63,393 bases of DNA, filler included, from Choristocarpus tenellus KU-1152 (GCA_964200185.2; 12 parts of 12 records of this genome joined end to end with filler, not necessarily neighbours in it), one strand, 5' to 3'. Positions 12,741 to 27,267 are shown, counted from the whole stretch's first letter. Numbers and translations are program-made. The notes: generated from the letters alone by a model not told the origin.

Positions 12741-15673
12741 TGGTGTTGCAATGGAGGAGGAGGAGTAGTAGAATGGTTGAAATGATATGACGGTGGGGTA
12801 ACTAATAATTCAGAATTTGTGAGTGAAGTCATTATGTGATCTCACGGTAAAAAAAAAATGTTGTGGAGACCCCCTCAACAACCCAACAACAGTTGTTCGA
12901 GTATAGTTTTGTCTCTTTGTAGTTCCTACCTAATCTTGCTTGATGAGGACAAGGTTGAATAGAACAAGCAAAGCATTACACCTCTTTTCATTCCTCTGCT
13001 TTCGTTCTCGAGGGTGTGTTGTGTGATAGATCACTTCTCAAGCGAGTGGTTTGATTTCAAGGTAGAGCGATCTCAGTAAACCAAAGGGGGTTTATCTGCG
13101 CGTCGGTATTCTTAGAGATTACAGGAGACGATGAGCGCTAGTGTCAGTGCCAGTGCCAGTGAGTCGGGTGGAAGCGATGACGAAGAGCCCATGTTTTCGT
13201 TTGTCGAGCGACGTGAGTGCTCCCCCCTCATTTCAACCCCACTTCTACGTAGTTCGCCTTCGACGTTCCTCTTCTTGTTTGGGTGAACGAGTAAAATTTG
13301 AGCAGACTTTTTATCTGGAAGGACTCACGAATCCCTTCTCGGAGGTTGATCGTTTTGATCCTACCTTTAATCTTTGGTCGTCTCTTGTCCTCGTAGCTGC
13401 CACAAAAGACCCATCGTTCGAGTCTCTACACACTCTAGTGCTCCTTAGATCTTGTGGTTTTAGAGTGTTGGCGTCTCGGCTTATCAGTTTAATTGCGCAT
13501 CGAGTTCTTCAAACATTTTCGACTTGAGGCAGAGCATAACAACCAACATTGAGATCGGAGAAAACTGGAGAGGGTGAAAAATCGACACCACTACGTGTAC
13601 ACAGTCAGAACCAAGTGACCCATCAAGGATGGAAACTCACCTGCGCTCTGCAATCTTCCCTACAATGCTGTTCAGCTTTTAAACGCAAGGGAGAGCAGGC
13701 AGTAGGAGCAGACCTCAAAATGGACAGTGATTCGAGCAGTGAAGACGACACGAGCAGTGACGACTCCGGGTCGCCTTCTAAGTCAGATCCATCAAGAGGA
13801 AAGTGAGCCTGGAGGGTACCCCAAACTCCTACTAGGTACTCTGTCGGAGTAGATGATATCCGGCAAGGTCGACGTGAACTCCCTCTCTGGCTCCCCCATT
13901 ATTTGCTTGATTTTCCCGCTTCACCTTCATCCTACCTGCTACAGATATTTAGATCTATTATCAAGGCATTCACTGAAGTGATTCTCAATCGAGAATGTGC
14001 TCTACCAAACTCTCGATTATATCAAACTTCTATGCATTTGATATTGGTGCCAGTTCATTGAAGCACCCGTTCCTTGCAATGGAGACGTATAGAACCACTG
14101 TTCGATGGACTTCACTCCCCCTCCGATTTTTTCACACTCCACGCTTCCAGGAAAAGACGGAAGAGTCGCTGTCCAGGAATCGTCTCTCACGATTTTCACC
14201 TCCCAGGTATTGGCAACAAGATGAAACCTACTAGTAGCCTCGACTCTGGAAGTGAATCGGACACACCTGCTCCTGTGATGGTGAGGAGCAGGGGTCTTGA
14301 TCTGCTGGAGGAGCTGGAATGTGATTCATCATTACCCCAACTGACTGATGATGAGGAGGGCAAGGACTACAGAAACTTCCTCAAGTGAGATTAAAAGAAC
14401 TCTTTTAACTTTAACAGAGGATTCATTGCATACATACATATATATATATACATACACATGTTCAGGATGTTTCTTATAAGACGCGAGGATGGGCAACTTA
14501 CTGTAGTGAACAATGTAGTGAACAATGCAGTGTGGTACATGTGAGCACCATGCTATGCTATTGTATCACTTCATATCATTATTGTTAGGAATATCATACA
14601 CACCAAAACTTCCAACACGTCTCTTATTGCACACAGCCATGCCCTCGTAATTTTCCTTCCCCCCCCCCCCCCCCCCCCCCCCCCCCCNNNNNNNNNNNNN
14701 NNNNNNNNNNNNNNNNNNNNNNNNNNNNNNNTTAATTAATTAANNNNNNNNNNNNNNNNNNNNNNNNNNNNNNNNNNNNNNNNNNNNGGGTGGGGGGGGG
14801 GGGAGGGGGGGGGGGGGGTGGGGGGGGGGGGGGGGGGGGTGGGGCGTAGACAGGTTTGCTTTTAACTGTTGATAAATTGTTTCGTTTTTGTGGTGTATCT
14901 TGTTATTTTGTTGAATTTTTGTTGAATTTTTGTTGCAGGTGGTGGGGTTGATGTCCTTGCTATGTTGGGTGTGTGCAGTATTTATAGAAATTTAAAGGGG
15001 AAAAAGCAACTCTGGGATGATTGGGATGATGATTGTTCTCTTACCCCTCCGCTCCCGCTCCCCCTTCCCATCTATCTGCACACCTTGCAACGGAGTTTGC
15101 TTGATAAGCACAACTATTGCAGTTGGTAGTGGTTGAGGAGGACATTGCGTTGAAAATAAGTGATTTAAATATTTTGTTTTATCACTGAACATTAGAATTT
15201 TTTCACATTTATTTCAACTAAATGATATATATATATATATAAAGATGTAACTAGAAAATTTGTAGGTTCTTTGTACTACAGAATAGACTTTGAAAACCTT
15301 TTTTGATGAGAAGGCTGTAGAAGAAATGTAAAATGAAGTGAATATTTTTTTTTAAGAGTAATTCTTTTTCTCGGTTTTCGGAATAGAAATTTCCAGGGTC
15401 CTACACAGTTACACCTGCGCAATAACCACAGTTGTTTCCCGGTTAGGGTTAGGGATAGGGATAGGGAAATTGTTAACAGTAGGTTTATACCATAAAACTC
15501 TGTTGGTTGGAGATCTAGAACCTTCTGTGGGCAACCATGGAGATTATGAAAAATCATGCTCTAACCCTAATCCCGTAACAGTACTGTGTTGATTATGGAT
15601 GCTATTCACTCTACTATGCTCTACCGTCCAGATAGTACTCTGGTATACAATGAGCATGCTGTCCAGTTCTTGA

Positions 15674-16117
15674 GAGTCAAAGTATCTTAGAGTATCTTAG
15701 GGTTAGGGTAGAGCCGCGTCCGTTTGGGGACCAAAATCCAATGTTGCAATTTGGATGAAATTTTGGGTATTGTGTTTGTTAGGAAGTGTCAATATCCATC
15801 ATGTTCCAGACACACCTTTTCGGAACATGTACTACCTCTGACCCAAAATATAAGCTATATTCGGACAAAAACTAGTACTAATCAGTACTTGTTTTGGTAG
15901 TTGTTTTGGTACTAATTAGTACTTGTTTTAGTACAAATTAGTACTTGTTTAAGACTTGTTTTGGTACTAATGTAGCTTATATTTTGGGTCAGAGGAAGTA
16001 CATTTTACCTACTATGAAACACTTCAGAGTACGAAAATGACATTAAAAACCCGTGGGAAGCCAAGTCCCAAATGGACAAACAGGGAAAAATTCGTACCCT
16101 CTAAGATGCTTTCACTC
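15674..16117 (+). mobile_element. ~260-bp MITE family A copy carrying a nested Stowaway-like MITE
   Basis: Ends GAGTCAAAGTATCTTAG... and ...CCCTCTAAGATGCTTTCACTC. Body aligns to the copies at 20185, 27969 and 61376. Confidence 0.9.
15832..15998. mobile_element. Stowaway-like MITE (167 bp, TA TSD)
   Basis: TIRs CTACCTCTGACCCAAAATATAAGCTA and TAGCTTATATTTTGGGTCAGAGGAAG. TA duplicated at 15830-31 and 15999-16000. Uninterrupted host copies have a single TA at this site. Confidence 0.9.
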
Positions 16118-19100
16118 TCAAGTAACAGTGACCATCCCGTGGACATATCATGGTGGGGGTGCACTTACTGTAAAGGTAACAGTCCTGTGTTAACACTCCT
16201 GTGTTAACAGTGGCTGTGAAATAGAAGAGTGTAGTAAAACTATGGTGTCTGTATTATGCATTGTCTGTACATAGTTTTATGTTTCTTTTAAAAAATATAT
16301 ATATTTAGTCATTGAAAACACTCAATGCATATATTTTTTTAATGCTTGCTGATGTGTTCCGGGTGTTGTTGTGATTTAGTAAAAAAATACAAATGAATAT
16401 GAAGGATAGAAGGTGGGAAGGAAACGAGTGAATGCTCTCATGACAATAGTGGTATCACGGTAGAGATTGGAGAGGAGAGGAGAGGAGAGGAGGAGGAGAA
16501 GGAGGAGGATGTACATACTATGATAAATATAGCCACAGAAACTATACTATTGTATGAAGTACATGTGTGTTGTATTGTACATATTGAAGCCTGGATGATA
16601 CATTACATGAAATATAAAAAGATACGTATAGCACAGAAAAGAAATGAAAAAGAGATTAATAATAAAAATGTGTGTGTACTTGGGCCATTGATTGGTGTAG
16701 TTTTTTTTGGGGGGGGAGGTTGACTATGGCGTTCTAAGTAGGGTTAGGGTTTTTTTGTTGGTGGTATGGTATCACTTAAGAATTAACCTGTTGGCAGTAT
16801 ATGTGGATTTTTTTTATTCCTCTGGGGTTAATTGTATGGCGTTACGCTACTCTTAGTTACGGTCTCCTATTTCTTATTCTTAGTGGAATTATTCCAGGAT
16901 TTATGGATTGTTTGACTGAACAAGAACCGTGTGGCCAATTCAGAGAAATACGACCATGTAGCTGTACTGAAGATGCTCCTTGTGTAACGAGTATGATGTT
17001 TTTGTGAGAACAAATCTTGTGTGTGTTGAAGTCGTTGTTGGAAGTTTCCTTGACTATGTTTCGCCATGGCAAAGATAGAGCCGGTTGTTGTGACCTTGTC
17101 AACATGCGTGACAGTTACGTGAAACTGTTGCGCACGATTGGGCGAGAACCTTGACGGTCAGAAACCGACCAATGGGTGAAAGTTCGACTACCGGGTATGT
17201 TGAGAAATTGACAGATCGGTATGACATTTTAAGGTATGCTGCCAAAATTTGCATATACTGCTGAGGGTATATATATATATATATATATAAATAAAATACT
17301 TAACACCATTTTCAGTTTTTTTTTAACAGTACTAGTTATGTCGTTCCCCCTGAACTGAACTGATAATTTGGTATTTGTTTGGCGCCCCTCTCCTCTCCCT
17401 TGCCTACTAGGTGGAGTGGTTTGCTGGTGAGAAGCCGCAGAGGTAAGTTGTTGAATTTCCCCCCCCCCCTCGTTTGTATTTGTGAGCGTGTGTTGAAACC
17501 AATCATTGCTTTATATTTTCTTTTCTTGATCAGTTGTTGGGGATTGCAGTCGGTGTGCTGCTGACCCTCCCATATTCTTAACACTCTTGTACCAACAGTC
17601 CAAAAACGGAAGACTTGGAACCTTTACAGGGACCGTTTTTCTCATGAGTTACCACCCAAACGTACTCGGGATTGCAGTGTATGGTCTTTTTTATGTGTTT
17701 TTTTTAATGTAGGTACTCGGATGTTTCAACTTCTGCTGCAATTGCTTGCAAGAACGTCTTTGTTGGATGCTGAATATTGGATATTGGATATTTGTCCGTG
17801 ACGGACGTCACAGTCACAGTTGAATTGTCACACGGGCAAAGGAGGAAGGCGTTTCAGGTGCAGAAGACGCGCTAGGTTGTTTTTTTTTCTGTACAGATGT
17901 TTTGCTTTTGTTGTTGTAGATTGGACAGTCCACCATGAATAGTGGAGGGTGACAAATGCACTTGTCGGGTGGTATCAGGTTGCATTGGAGTACCAGGTTA
18001 TGCAGCTCATTAGTATTGTCAACCCTTTGCTGTGTTCCTCAGTGCTTGAGCAAAAACTGCTATTTTCAATTAACTTGTAAAGAGTGCCTGGTATGCTCGC
18101 GGCTGAATCTCCCCTCAAAAGATCTCCACGGCAACCGCCTACTTTACCACATACAAAACCTGACTTTTTCACACACGCACGAACACATGTACCTACACCC
18201 ATAACTCCCTGGAATTGAAAACAATTGCCTTCATCGGATGTTGCCCACCTTGCTCTGTGCAGCACCCCAGAAACCGCTTTTTCTGGTACTCTCATGCCGC
18301 CCCCGCCCCCCCCCCCCTCCCCCTCCCCCCCTCCCCCCCCCCACACCCCCGACCATTTCTTGTGATGTATTTTTTTTATATTTTTTTGAACAGTGCTGAG
18401 TACAAGGGTAACCGTCAGCATGTATCGTTTCGATACAACATCTTTGATCACCTGGGGGTGGTGAGCACCCTGAGGGTCAAGGGGTCTCCAACCTATCCGC
18501 GTTGCTTCGAGCCACTGAATGAACGTGTCCTATTCCCGGTGAGAGTGGATGATAAATGTTTCCATGTGAGGAGCAATCCTCTTCTTGGGGACTATGCATT
18601 GTAGTGAGTAGCTAGCTGTGATCCACAATCCGGCATGTTGCACTACGTGGAGGGGCGGGTGGGTAGTGTTGACTATGTAGTGATGAAAATAATGTATGCT
18701 TCCTTTTTGTGCTGTGCTGTGCTGTGCTGTGGTGTGGTTACACCTTCCTTCTCACTCGTTATTTTTTTGTTTTGTTTATTATTATTATTATTATTCCTGA
18801 TGGTGATTCGCTGATTTTGCACACTTTTCTGATGGGGCACTGGCCGAAAAAAAATGAAAGGTTTGGAGTACTCTTGTGGTAGGGACGCTCTGTTTGGTGA
18901 AGACAGTTACGTCTATAGTGGAAAGACAGGACTTTTTTTTTACTTTTTTGGTGTTGACACCTAGACTAGAAGAGAAATATTTATTGGTATAGCTGCCATC
19001 TCTCGTGTCTGCATATACATTTTTTCGCTTTCCATAGGGTTATCTCCCTGTGATGCGACAAGCACCTCTCAACAGCCCCCGATTTTCAATCTGCTGGCAT

Positions 19101-20184
19101 GTCTGGCTCACTTGATAACCATGCAACAGGTGGAAGCTTTCCAGCACAAGAAATGTCCCAATGATGACATTTCGCCATGCAGTGTTCCTAAGGGCTTGAC
19201 GTCTGAGCCCAGGGTAGACTGGGAATCCCTGTGGGTGGATCGGAAAATTGAGGGGAAAAAGGCATAAAATTTCTCCCCCAGTATCCTTCCATCTCCCTAA
19301 TAGAGACCCCAAATTGTGGTGTGCAGCCAGTCGAGGTTGTGTTGGTGATGGAGGGAAGGGAAAATAGACCCCAAATATTGTTAATCTAGTAAAGAATCTC
19401 GTTTTTGTTTGTGTGTTGTGGTGCTTGTTGTTGTTATCAATTTGAGACAGAATACATAAATATATATATATGTGTGTGTGTGTTGGGAATGGAGTGCCAC
19501 TCTTTGTGTATGACAATATCATGTCAGTGATTATTCAATCTGGAGTTGTTCCAGGGGAATGCTTATGTTGTCGTTTGCGTCAATGCTGACATCATGTTTA
19601 CTGACTAGACGAGGTGTGGGAAGGATGCCAGAGGTCAATTTATATGCCGTAGTGGCATTGCAGAACAGGCTATAGTTTGGCTGCACAGTATTGTTGCTTT
19701 AGTTTTTCGGATGGGGTGCAGAACGGAGCTCTTCAATAGTGTTGTGTTTTGTTGCTGCCTCAGTGAAAGTGTGTGACCCCCAAAGACAATCCTCAGGTTG
19801 GGGTGTGTGTACAATCGTAGGTTACAAATAGTACGCATTCGACTCTTGAGACAAGTTTGATTTGTGCCTACCTTTTGTGTTGCTTACCACACCTAGGTAC
19901 ATGGTTCTATTTCCATGTATGTATTCATATGTAAGTAGAAGTAAAGTTTTGTGGTTGAGTTTTTTCACTGAAAATGAGTCTTGTTTGTATGAAAGAGCCC
20001 TGACATTGGTGGAGTGGAGTTGCAGTCCAAAAGCGTGTCACATTTGTGGTCCGGTAATATTGCCCACTAGTCATTGCCCTCTCCACCAAGGATATATTAA
20101 CCTCCAAACATCAGGACTAAAGATACAACCCAAGCCAACCCCATGCTCCAAACATGAGCGTCTGACCCAGATGGCATTGTTAAT

Positions 20185-20440
20185 GAGCCAAAGTATCTTA
20201 GAGGGTAGAGTCGCGTCCATTTAGGGGATAAAATCCAACATTGCAATTTTGATATAATTTTGGCTATCCTGTTTGTTATGAAGTGTCAATATCCTTGTTC
20301 CGGACGCACCTTTTCATGACATACAAATTTTCCTACTCCGAACCAATCTGGAGTACGAGATGTCATACAAATACTCCATGGAAGTCAAGCCCCAATGGAC
20401 AATCAGGGCAAAACACATACCCTCTAAAATACTTTCACTC
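20185..20440 (+). mobile_element. MITE family A, complete copy, TSD AAT
   Basis: TIRs GAGCCAAAGTATCTTAGAGGGTA and TACCCTCTAAAATACTTTCACTC, with AAT on both flanks. Confidence 0.92.
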
Positions 20441-21392
20441 AATGGATAGTAATCCGTCCAAGGTTCGGTATTTCTCTCTCTCTCATCCTGACCACTGGGT
20501 AACTTGAAGGGGTAGGAGATGCGACAATCAGCCCCCCTGTAATATTATCAGTGCCCAAGACATTATTTTTCACATTGATGTATTCAGCCTATTGTTCAGT
20601 TGACCTTCAAATATAGTACAAAATTTGAACTCTGCATGAACAAAGAAACCACTTCTGATGTCCTGCCAACCTGTAAAGCACAGTCGCTTTCAGCCTTCAA
20701 AGGATCAAGGTTCTCGGTTGAGGTTTACCGAGACCTTCCGCCCTGACTAAATCAAATACAGATCGGCTTCTTGTTCTTCACGGGAACAGCTTTGGCAACG
20801 GCTACCAGTGGTTGCCTAGAGTGTGAAATGTACTAAATAGCAGCAGCGGAGGATGAGCAGGATCTCATCTCAGAAGACCAGGCTTGACAAGTAGTATCGA
20901 AGAGTAAACCCAAAGCCACAACATAACACCTGGAGAAACTGCAGTGAAAAGGAGTTCCGAGAGACATCATGTGTGAGGTTGTGGAGAGACATGTATGCAT
21001 GGTGCAGATAAAAACAATTGGGGTTGCACGTAGTTTTCAATATTTTCCAGGACATGCAGAGGCTTGCTTGTCCAAGGAAATTGATGTAAACCACTAGCCA
21101 GGAAGTTACTTTGGTACTATATTAGGGAGGTGGGGTTGGATGGCAGGCTTCTACTCAATGTAGATACCACCTCAATCAGACTGCAAGATGTGATGTATAT
21201 ACATTAAGTACTTGCACAGGGCGCCTTCGGCATGGTTGAAGCTTGAATGGTGAACACGAGCAAGATGTATCAAGATACAAATTCGGAAAGGGGTGTGTGA
21301 ACCACACTGAAATTGCCAGACAGGGCCATATCAGTTTCGTAGGAAGGCAGGTCAACAGATAATAGCACACCATCAGTAATGTGTTCGCTTAC

Positions 21393-22729
21393 TCCACAAG
21401 TTTGCAAACACATCGGTAGAATTCTGATCAATCATGTCCTTATTATCCTGCAGGGAGAGTAGAGCGGATGGACCATGAGCACTCCATACAATACACATGC
21501 GTTTACAGGCACATTCGCTTGGCATGACCCATATGTGGTCATTCCTAAACTAATGATTGAACATAGACCCAACTTTTAGTTACTTACATATGCCATATTG
21601 ATCTCTGGCCTCACCTATCACTTCAAAGGAAATGCTTATTTTTAGTTGAGGGCATCTCTTCTTACGATCTAGATTAGGGATCACATCAGCGACTAGGGCA
21701 GGGTCAATGGTGGCCTAGGACACATATTGATACAATTGATGTATAGCGTTTGGTCATGGAGAGTACAGGAAATATGTGCTGTACCTCACATGGCATATTA
21801 GTATCGAGCAGTACAACTAGGAATCAGGTACTAACATACACTACTGGTCGCAATCTCAGGAGATGCATATGAGGCAGCCATGCACCAAGGGTTGAACCTC
21901 CTTTGCTGAACGGGGTCAGTATGCACCACTTTTCCTGTGTTCGGGTCAACTGATGATATTGGTGTTAAGTATGTAGGTTGCTCACCAAAAGGTAGGCACA
22001 AAGGATGTCCTCCCTCATTGGGCCAAACACGTGTAGCACAAGATTGATGAGGGTAAAGTTTATCACATGCCCTTCTTCTGCAGGGAGGGTAGTAGGGGAG
22101 AAGGGAGAAGGGAGGCAGTGAGGCAAAGCAGCAAACACACACATTACATTCTGTTGACATTTGCTTGCTCTAACTTCTCTATACTCCCAAGCTGTTGAAA
22201 ATTTCTCCACCAACACATGCACGATCGATCAAAGATGGTCTATTTACTATCCGCACTTGTACAAGATACATCCTCTTCTCAAAAATTGAAAGACCGAGTA
22301 TCCCATAAAAGATTGAGTTAGTGGGTTTCACAGTTGGTTTGGTGGGGGTGGGAAGGAAAGGTGGGAGGACTCTTATGAAAAACAACGACAATCAAGGGCA
22401 GACTTCACTTGCCCTCAATGAATGGACTAAAATCTATTTTGGGCGGTTCTTGTGAGTGTATACACAACGAGGCAGGAGTCAAAATAATTCTCACCCATCG
22501 ATGTCAGGGGGTTCCTTCACGACAACTGTAGTGGTAAGGTGCAAATAGTAGAAAGAGAAAATGGTGTAAGAGACAGGGCCTCTGTACTGACAATAAAAAC
22601 AGAAGAGGTAAACAGCACAAATGGGCAAATAAGTCAACCCAACCTGGACCACTCTGCAATGCAGGCCATCGATTGTGACCTTCCCAGAGCACTGTGGAGG
22701 GAACCAATTTTCCTTTCTCAGTGTCCATC
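21393..22729 (-). CDS. Candidate multi-exon hypothetical protein (exons 22729-22644, 22525-22495, 22077-21840, 21447-21393), partial
   Basis: Four AG/GT-bounded segments join in compatible phases without stops: MDTEKGKLVPSTVLWEGHNRWPALQSGPVVVKEPPDIDGRRACDKLYPHQSCATRVWPNEGGHPLCLPF...SSDNKDMIDQNSTDVFANLW. No domain recognised. Confidence 0.4.
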
Positions 22730-23427
22730 CTATCATATGCCACGCCAAGTGAAAACGTGATCGTATCAATGAAAGGGATAGGAAGGAGGAGAAAAGTGGG
22801 GAGGTGGAGGTCAGGGTGGTGGTGAGTGTGGTAAGGGAGAGGGGCAGCGAAATAGGATCACCATGTGTGCCAACAATCAAAAGATATTCAATAATACTTC
22901 ACTCAAAAATAATCTGCTCCTGAGTCTCTGAGACCATACAGTAAAGTAAGTGTTCAAAAAGACGAAAATATTCCACCTCATCCACCATTGTTGCCTCTTG
23001 CTCATTTCTGCTCCCTCAGCGTTAGCATAGAGAAATGATTCCCAGTCAACAGGCTATGTAGCTCAGAAACACAGATAACACACACACACTGCATACAAAA
23101 CACGGGAGTATTCAGAGAAAAAAGCTGTCACTGATTCTCCTGAACATTGGCTCAAAATATCTGGGGGGGTGGGTGGGTGGCGGCTGTCCATTTGGGGTCA
23201 ATTTTTTCATGTCGCAATTTTTGGGTGATCTGGTTGCATGCNNNNNNNNNNNNNNNNNNNNNNNNNNNNNNNNNNNNNNNNNNNNTTAATTAATTAANNN
23301 NNNNNNNNNNNNNNNNNNNNNNNNNNNNNNNNNNNNNNNNNGAACGGACGACCCTCGGACTGGCTCCTCACCACTCTTCCCCCCCCTTCCAAAGTCCCCC
23401 CCCCCCCTCCCCCCTCCCCCCCTCCAG

Positions 23428-24315
23428 GACCTGGATCGTATGTACACGAGCTTCATGAATAACCAAGTACCGGCGTTGTGGTCTAACGTTAGCTTTGCCA
23501 GTCTGAAGACACTTGCGTCCTGGAACAAAGACCTCATTTTTCGTGTTGCCTTCATGCGAAAATGGCTTCAGGAGGGTCAGCCCGCCTGCTTCCCTCTACC
23601 AGTATTTTTCTTTCCTCAGGGATTCATGACTGGCACCCTACAGACCTATGCACGAAAGTACCAGGTGTGTGTATTTGCAGTTGTAAGATCTAGAGTCTAG
23701 ATCATGTGTAGGACGTCCATTAGGCTCACCAGAATGGTGTCTATGTTGTAGCGCCTGAAGCAATCTTTGTATGACACCTTGTCCTATATGTGACTATTCA
23801 CATTGATGAATTTATCTTACATCAGAAACGAAGAAATTAATATTACTTCACAGTAGTTGTAGAACTCACCGTTGTTCTGTGACACGGCTCTCCTGCCATC
23901 CCTGCACACCCTCTTTTCCCGCCTCTAGGTTGCTATTGACACTCTCAACTATAGGTTCAATGTGATGACAGAAGATCCTTCTGATATCAAAGAGGCTCCA
24001 GAGGACGGGATCTACTGCCATGGATTGTGGCTTGAGGGCGCACGATGGGACCGTGATGATTGGCGTCTTAGAGAATCCCGATCAGGAGAAATGTATATGC
24101 TACTTCCACTCATCCATTTCATACCTGCTGTGGGACATAAGACAGCCTCAACAGACTATGCCTGCCCAGTATATAAGACAGCTGAGCGCAAAGGTGTTCT
24201 GTCAACAACTGGCATGTCCACAAACTTTGTTATTGCCGTAGAGCTCCCAACCGATGTGAGCCCTGATGTGTGGGTATTGTATGGTGTTGCAGCGCTATGC
24301 AATCTCACTGACTAG
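23428..24315 (+). CDS. Axonemal dynein heavy chain, C-terminal two exons (23428-23664, 23929-24315); inner-arm/DNAH6-like
   Basis: DLDRMYTSFMNNQVPALW...FFFPQGFMTGTLQTYARKYQ|VAIDTL...PEDGIYCHGLWLEGARWD...YACPVYKTAERKGVLSTTGMSTNFV...GVAALCNLTD*. Canonical phase-0 GT-AG intron. Classic dynein heavy chain C-terminal domain. Confidence 0.95.
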
Positions 24316-27267
24316 TGGCAGTGGGTGACAGACATGGGGATGGACGAGATGACCCCAATATTTAGCAGGCACAGTCTGGAATTGGTGCCCCTGATTAAAT
24401 TATTAGACCAGTGAAAGCTACCCCATCAAGGGCAGTCTTCTTTAGTATCCTGCACATTGACCTTGATGTTGCTCCATCATAATATTGTTAAATAACCCCG
24501 CATATGCACAGTAAGCACATCGTATTTATGTAAAATAAAATGGCCAACAAAAATGGTGCTGTTTCATAATAGTAGAGATGTTATTTCTTGTATGATTCAT
24601 AAAATGGCTACAACAGCAACAGCAGTGGAGCGATCTCATGGCTGTGTCTCCAAGGACAATGGAACTACAACCACTCAAATCTAGTGAGGTAAGTACATAT
24701 CAACTGTTTTTATTGCAATTATTTCTGGTTGTTGAACCAGCAGACTGTTCATTCCTCCCCCGGATTTGAAAACAAAGTGTAGCATTTCTGCTCCATATTC
24801 ACTGGCTCAGTAAATATATCAGGGGAAAAAATGAAAAGATCTTCGAAAGCTTCATAACTTCTAGGCGACAGATTGTGCCAACAGTACGATGTTGGGGGAT
24901 ATTTCTCCAAGAAGAAAAAATTGTGGTGAGACAGTGAGTAGATCATTGAGATGTTATGTTTGTGTTCACATTGTCTTGCCCTCCATGATACATTATTTGT
25001 CTATATATGTTCTACTGGGACTACTGATGGTGATTTCTATACTCCGAAATGTGATTAATTTTTTCTCATTTATTTTGGTATGGTTTGTAGAAACAGATTT
25101 ATGATCAAAAAGCACAGGATATATGGGATCCCACAAAAAGGACATTATTTCATGTAAACGTCACGACTTGTACCTCCTTCGAAACGACAATGCGAAACAA
25201 TCTTAATCTACTTCACCCCACACTCCATATACTATTACTTCCACACTGGGGGATGCTTATACCACCATCTATTTGCTTATGGTCTGACTGAGGTGTACCA
25301 CTCGAGGATTGAGTCAATGATACTAAGGAAGTAAAGGGTCTTTGTGTTAGTCTTCGAATGTATGGTGATCTCATATAATCAGAACCCCCCACAGCTTTTC
25401 ACTGGACAGGGTAAAAGTAATGGCACCAGGCTGTGGGTTGGTCCGGTGAAATATTGTTTTACGATAATATTCCAGGTTTGTCAGAAGTTCAACCAGACCA
25501 GGCCAAGGGCTGACCCCAATGAAAAATATACGTTTAAACAAGACTGATTCAGGACCGTCAGAGTTTTCAACTGGACTAGGCTGCAGGCCACTCTCAATGA
25601 AACATGGTATAAAACATGGTCGGTCCAGGGCAGTCAAAGATTATAACCTTAAAGGCATTGCCCATTCCGTCGCCCTAATAAACCATGCTTCGGAGCAGAT
25701 GGAATGTACATGGTCCAGTCAGCTCTCAGTTAATATGCTATGAAGTTGGGAATTTATGCAACTTCAGGAAATAATCGACATTATTTCCATATGCATTGTA
25801 AACAAGTTGGGGGTCCGCCAGGCATGCTATGACTAGGAGGACCCGGCCCATCCTAACTGGGCGGGTGCAGCTAACACACCATTTTTCCAGAACCGTTGTA
25901 GACTTAAACCAGATCGGGTCACGACCTATCCCCTAAAAATATACTAGTCTTTTAACAGGACTGGTATAGGAACGCAAGAGTTTTCAAATGGACCAGTCCC
26001 GGTGGAGTGCCAGTCCAAAAAAAAAAATCTAACCCAGATTGATGGGGTCTGGCCATCTCCAGCATACACCCACTAGACATGGACCCTCTCAACTAGTATG
26101 TACCATTCGCACTAGTATACAACAAGTAGCATTCAAGAATTAAGCAAATAGTAATGTCTCTGCAAAGCGGCACAGGGATGGAGACAACATGATCTACACT
26201 GTGCTGAATTGAAGAAAAGATATACCAGATAGTGAGGAGACAGTAGTTTGATACACCCTTCGAGATTTATTGACATGAACACACGAGCAGTCAGGCAAGG
26301 ATGAGAGCTGGTACACAGTGGTAACTTAAAGAGGGACAGATTGACTGACTGATCCCCTATCGGTAGAATGTTTTACGCAATTAGCACCAGAACAATTTTT
26401 TGGAAAATTAAGGGACTTGTATGCTTGAGTATTTGAATATTCTTCAAGTTAGTCTGAGGGGTCACAAACCCATGCCCAAACTGTAGGTAGAGGACAAGAA
26501 CGAACGCAATACTGGAAAGATAAAAACAGTAAAATTAGGATATGGAAAAGAATATAGTAAAATACTGCTTTACTCTTAAAAAATCGATAATTGTTATGAA
26601 AGGGCATCCAAGAAAACCCAAGGTAATTCCTACTAATACCCAATAACAGGTAGAGGATGTCATAAACGTTGTTGATAACACCAGGTCCTATGGGGAAAAG
26701 GGGAAAAGAGACCATGTCCGGTCTATCCAATCTGGGTACTATTCATCACATATCACACAAAGGAAGATGGACACAAGAATAATATAAACCCCAAAAAGAA
26801 AGAGACAAACGACGAGACAATAACAACGTACAACAGGCAGTGGGGAGTGTACATATGACTTGATCTGCTTGGTCTGAATTAGCGGCAGCTTTAAGATGAT
26901 GACGAATGTCACTTGACATAGCTTCTCTGGCATACTACTCGCCCATTAAGCTCCCGTATCACCTCTGTTGGTTTGTTGTTTGTATTCCGTCCCTCAACCG
27001 TGACCCCAAACTTCCCAACACCATCTTGCAGACATATCTACCACTGAGTGCTTCTCCGATCTAACTTGCTTCCCCTTTCCACCTGCGAGTTCCACAAACG
27101 TCAACACCTTGGGTAATCCCTCATCCTCCATACATATAACAGATCCTATGAATGGGAGTATCTGTTTTTGCACATTCATCTTGATCCTATAAGGACAGCA
27201 TGTGATTGGTGTATTCCCGTTTGCCAAATCCGACGAATATCGAAATTGTAATGTTGAGAATATAGCT

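Noticed and set aside
11200-14390. ORF-like, acidic/Ser-rich stretches in the second contig
   Set aside because: Probably decayed retroelement interior, but no gag, RT, integrase or recombinase motif could be identified.
17115-17880. Possible small exons, and a GC-TGA suggestive of selenocysteine
   Set aside because: Frames are ambiguous, with no recognisable selenoprotein family or SECIS.
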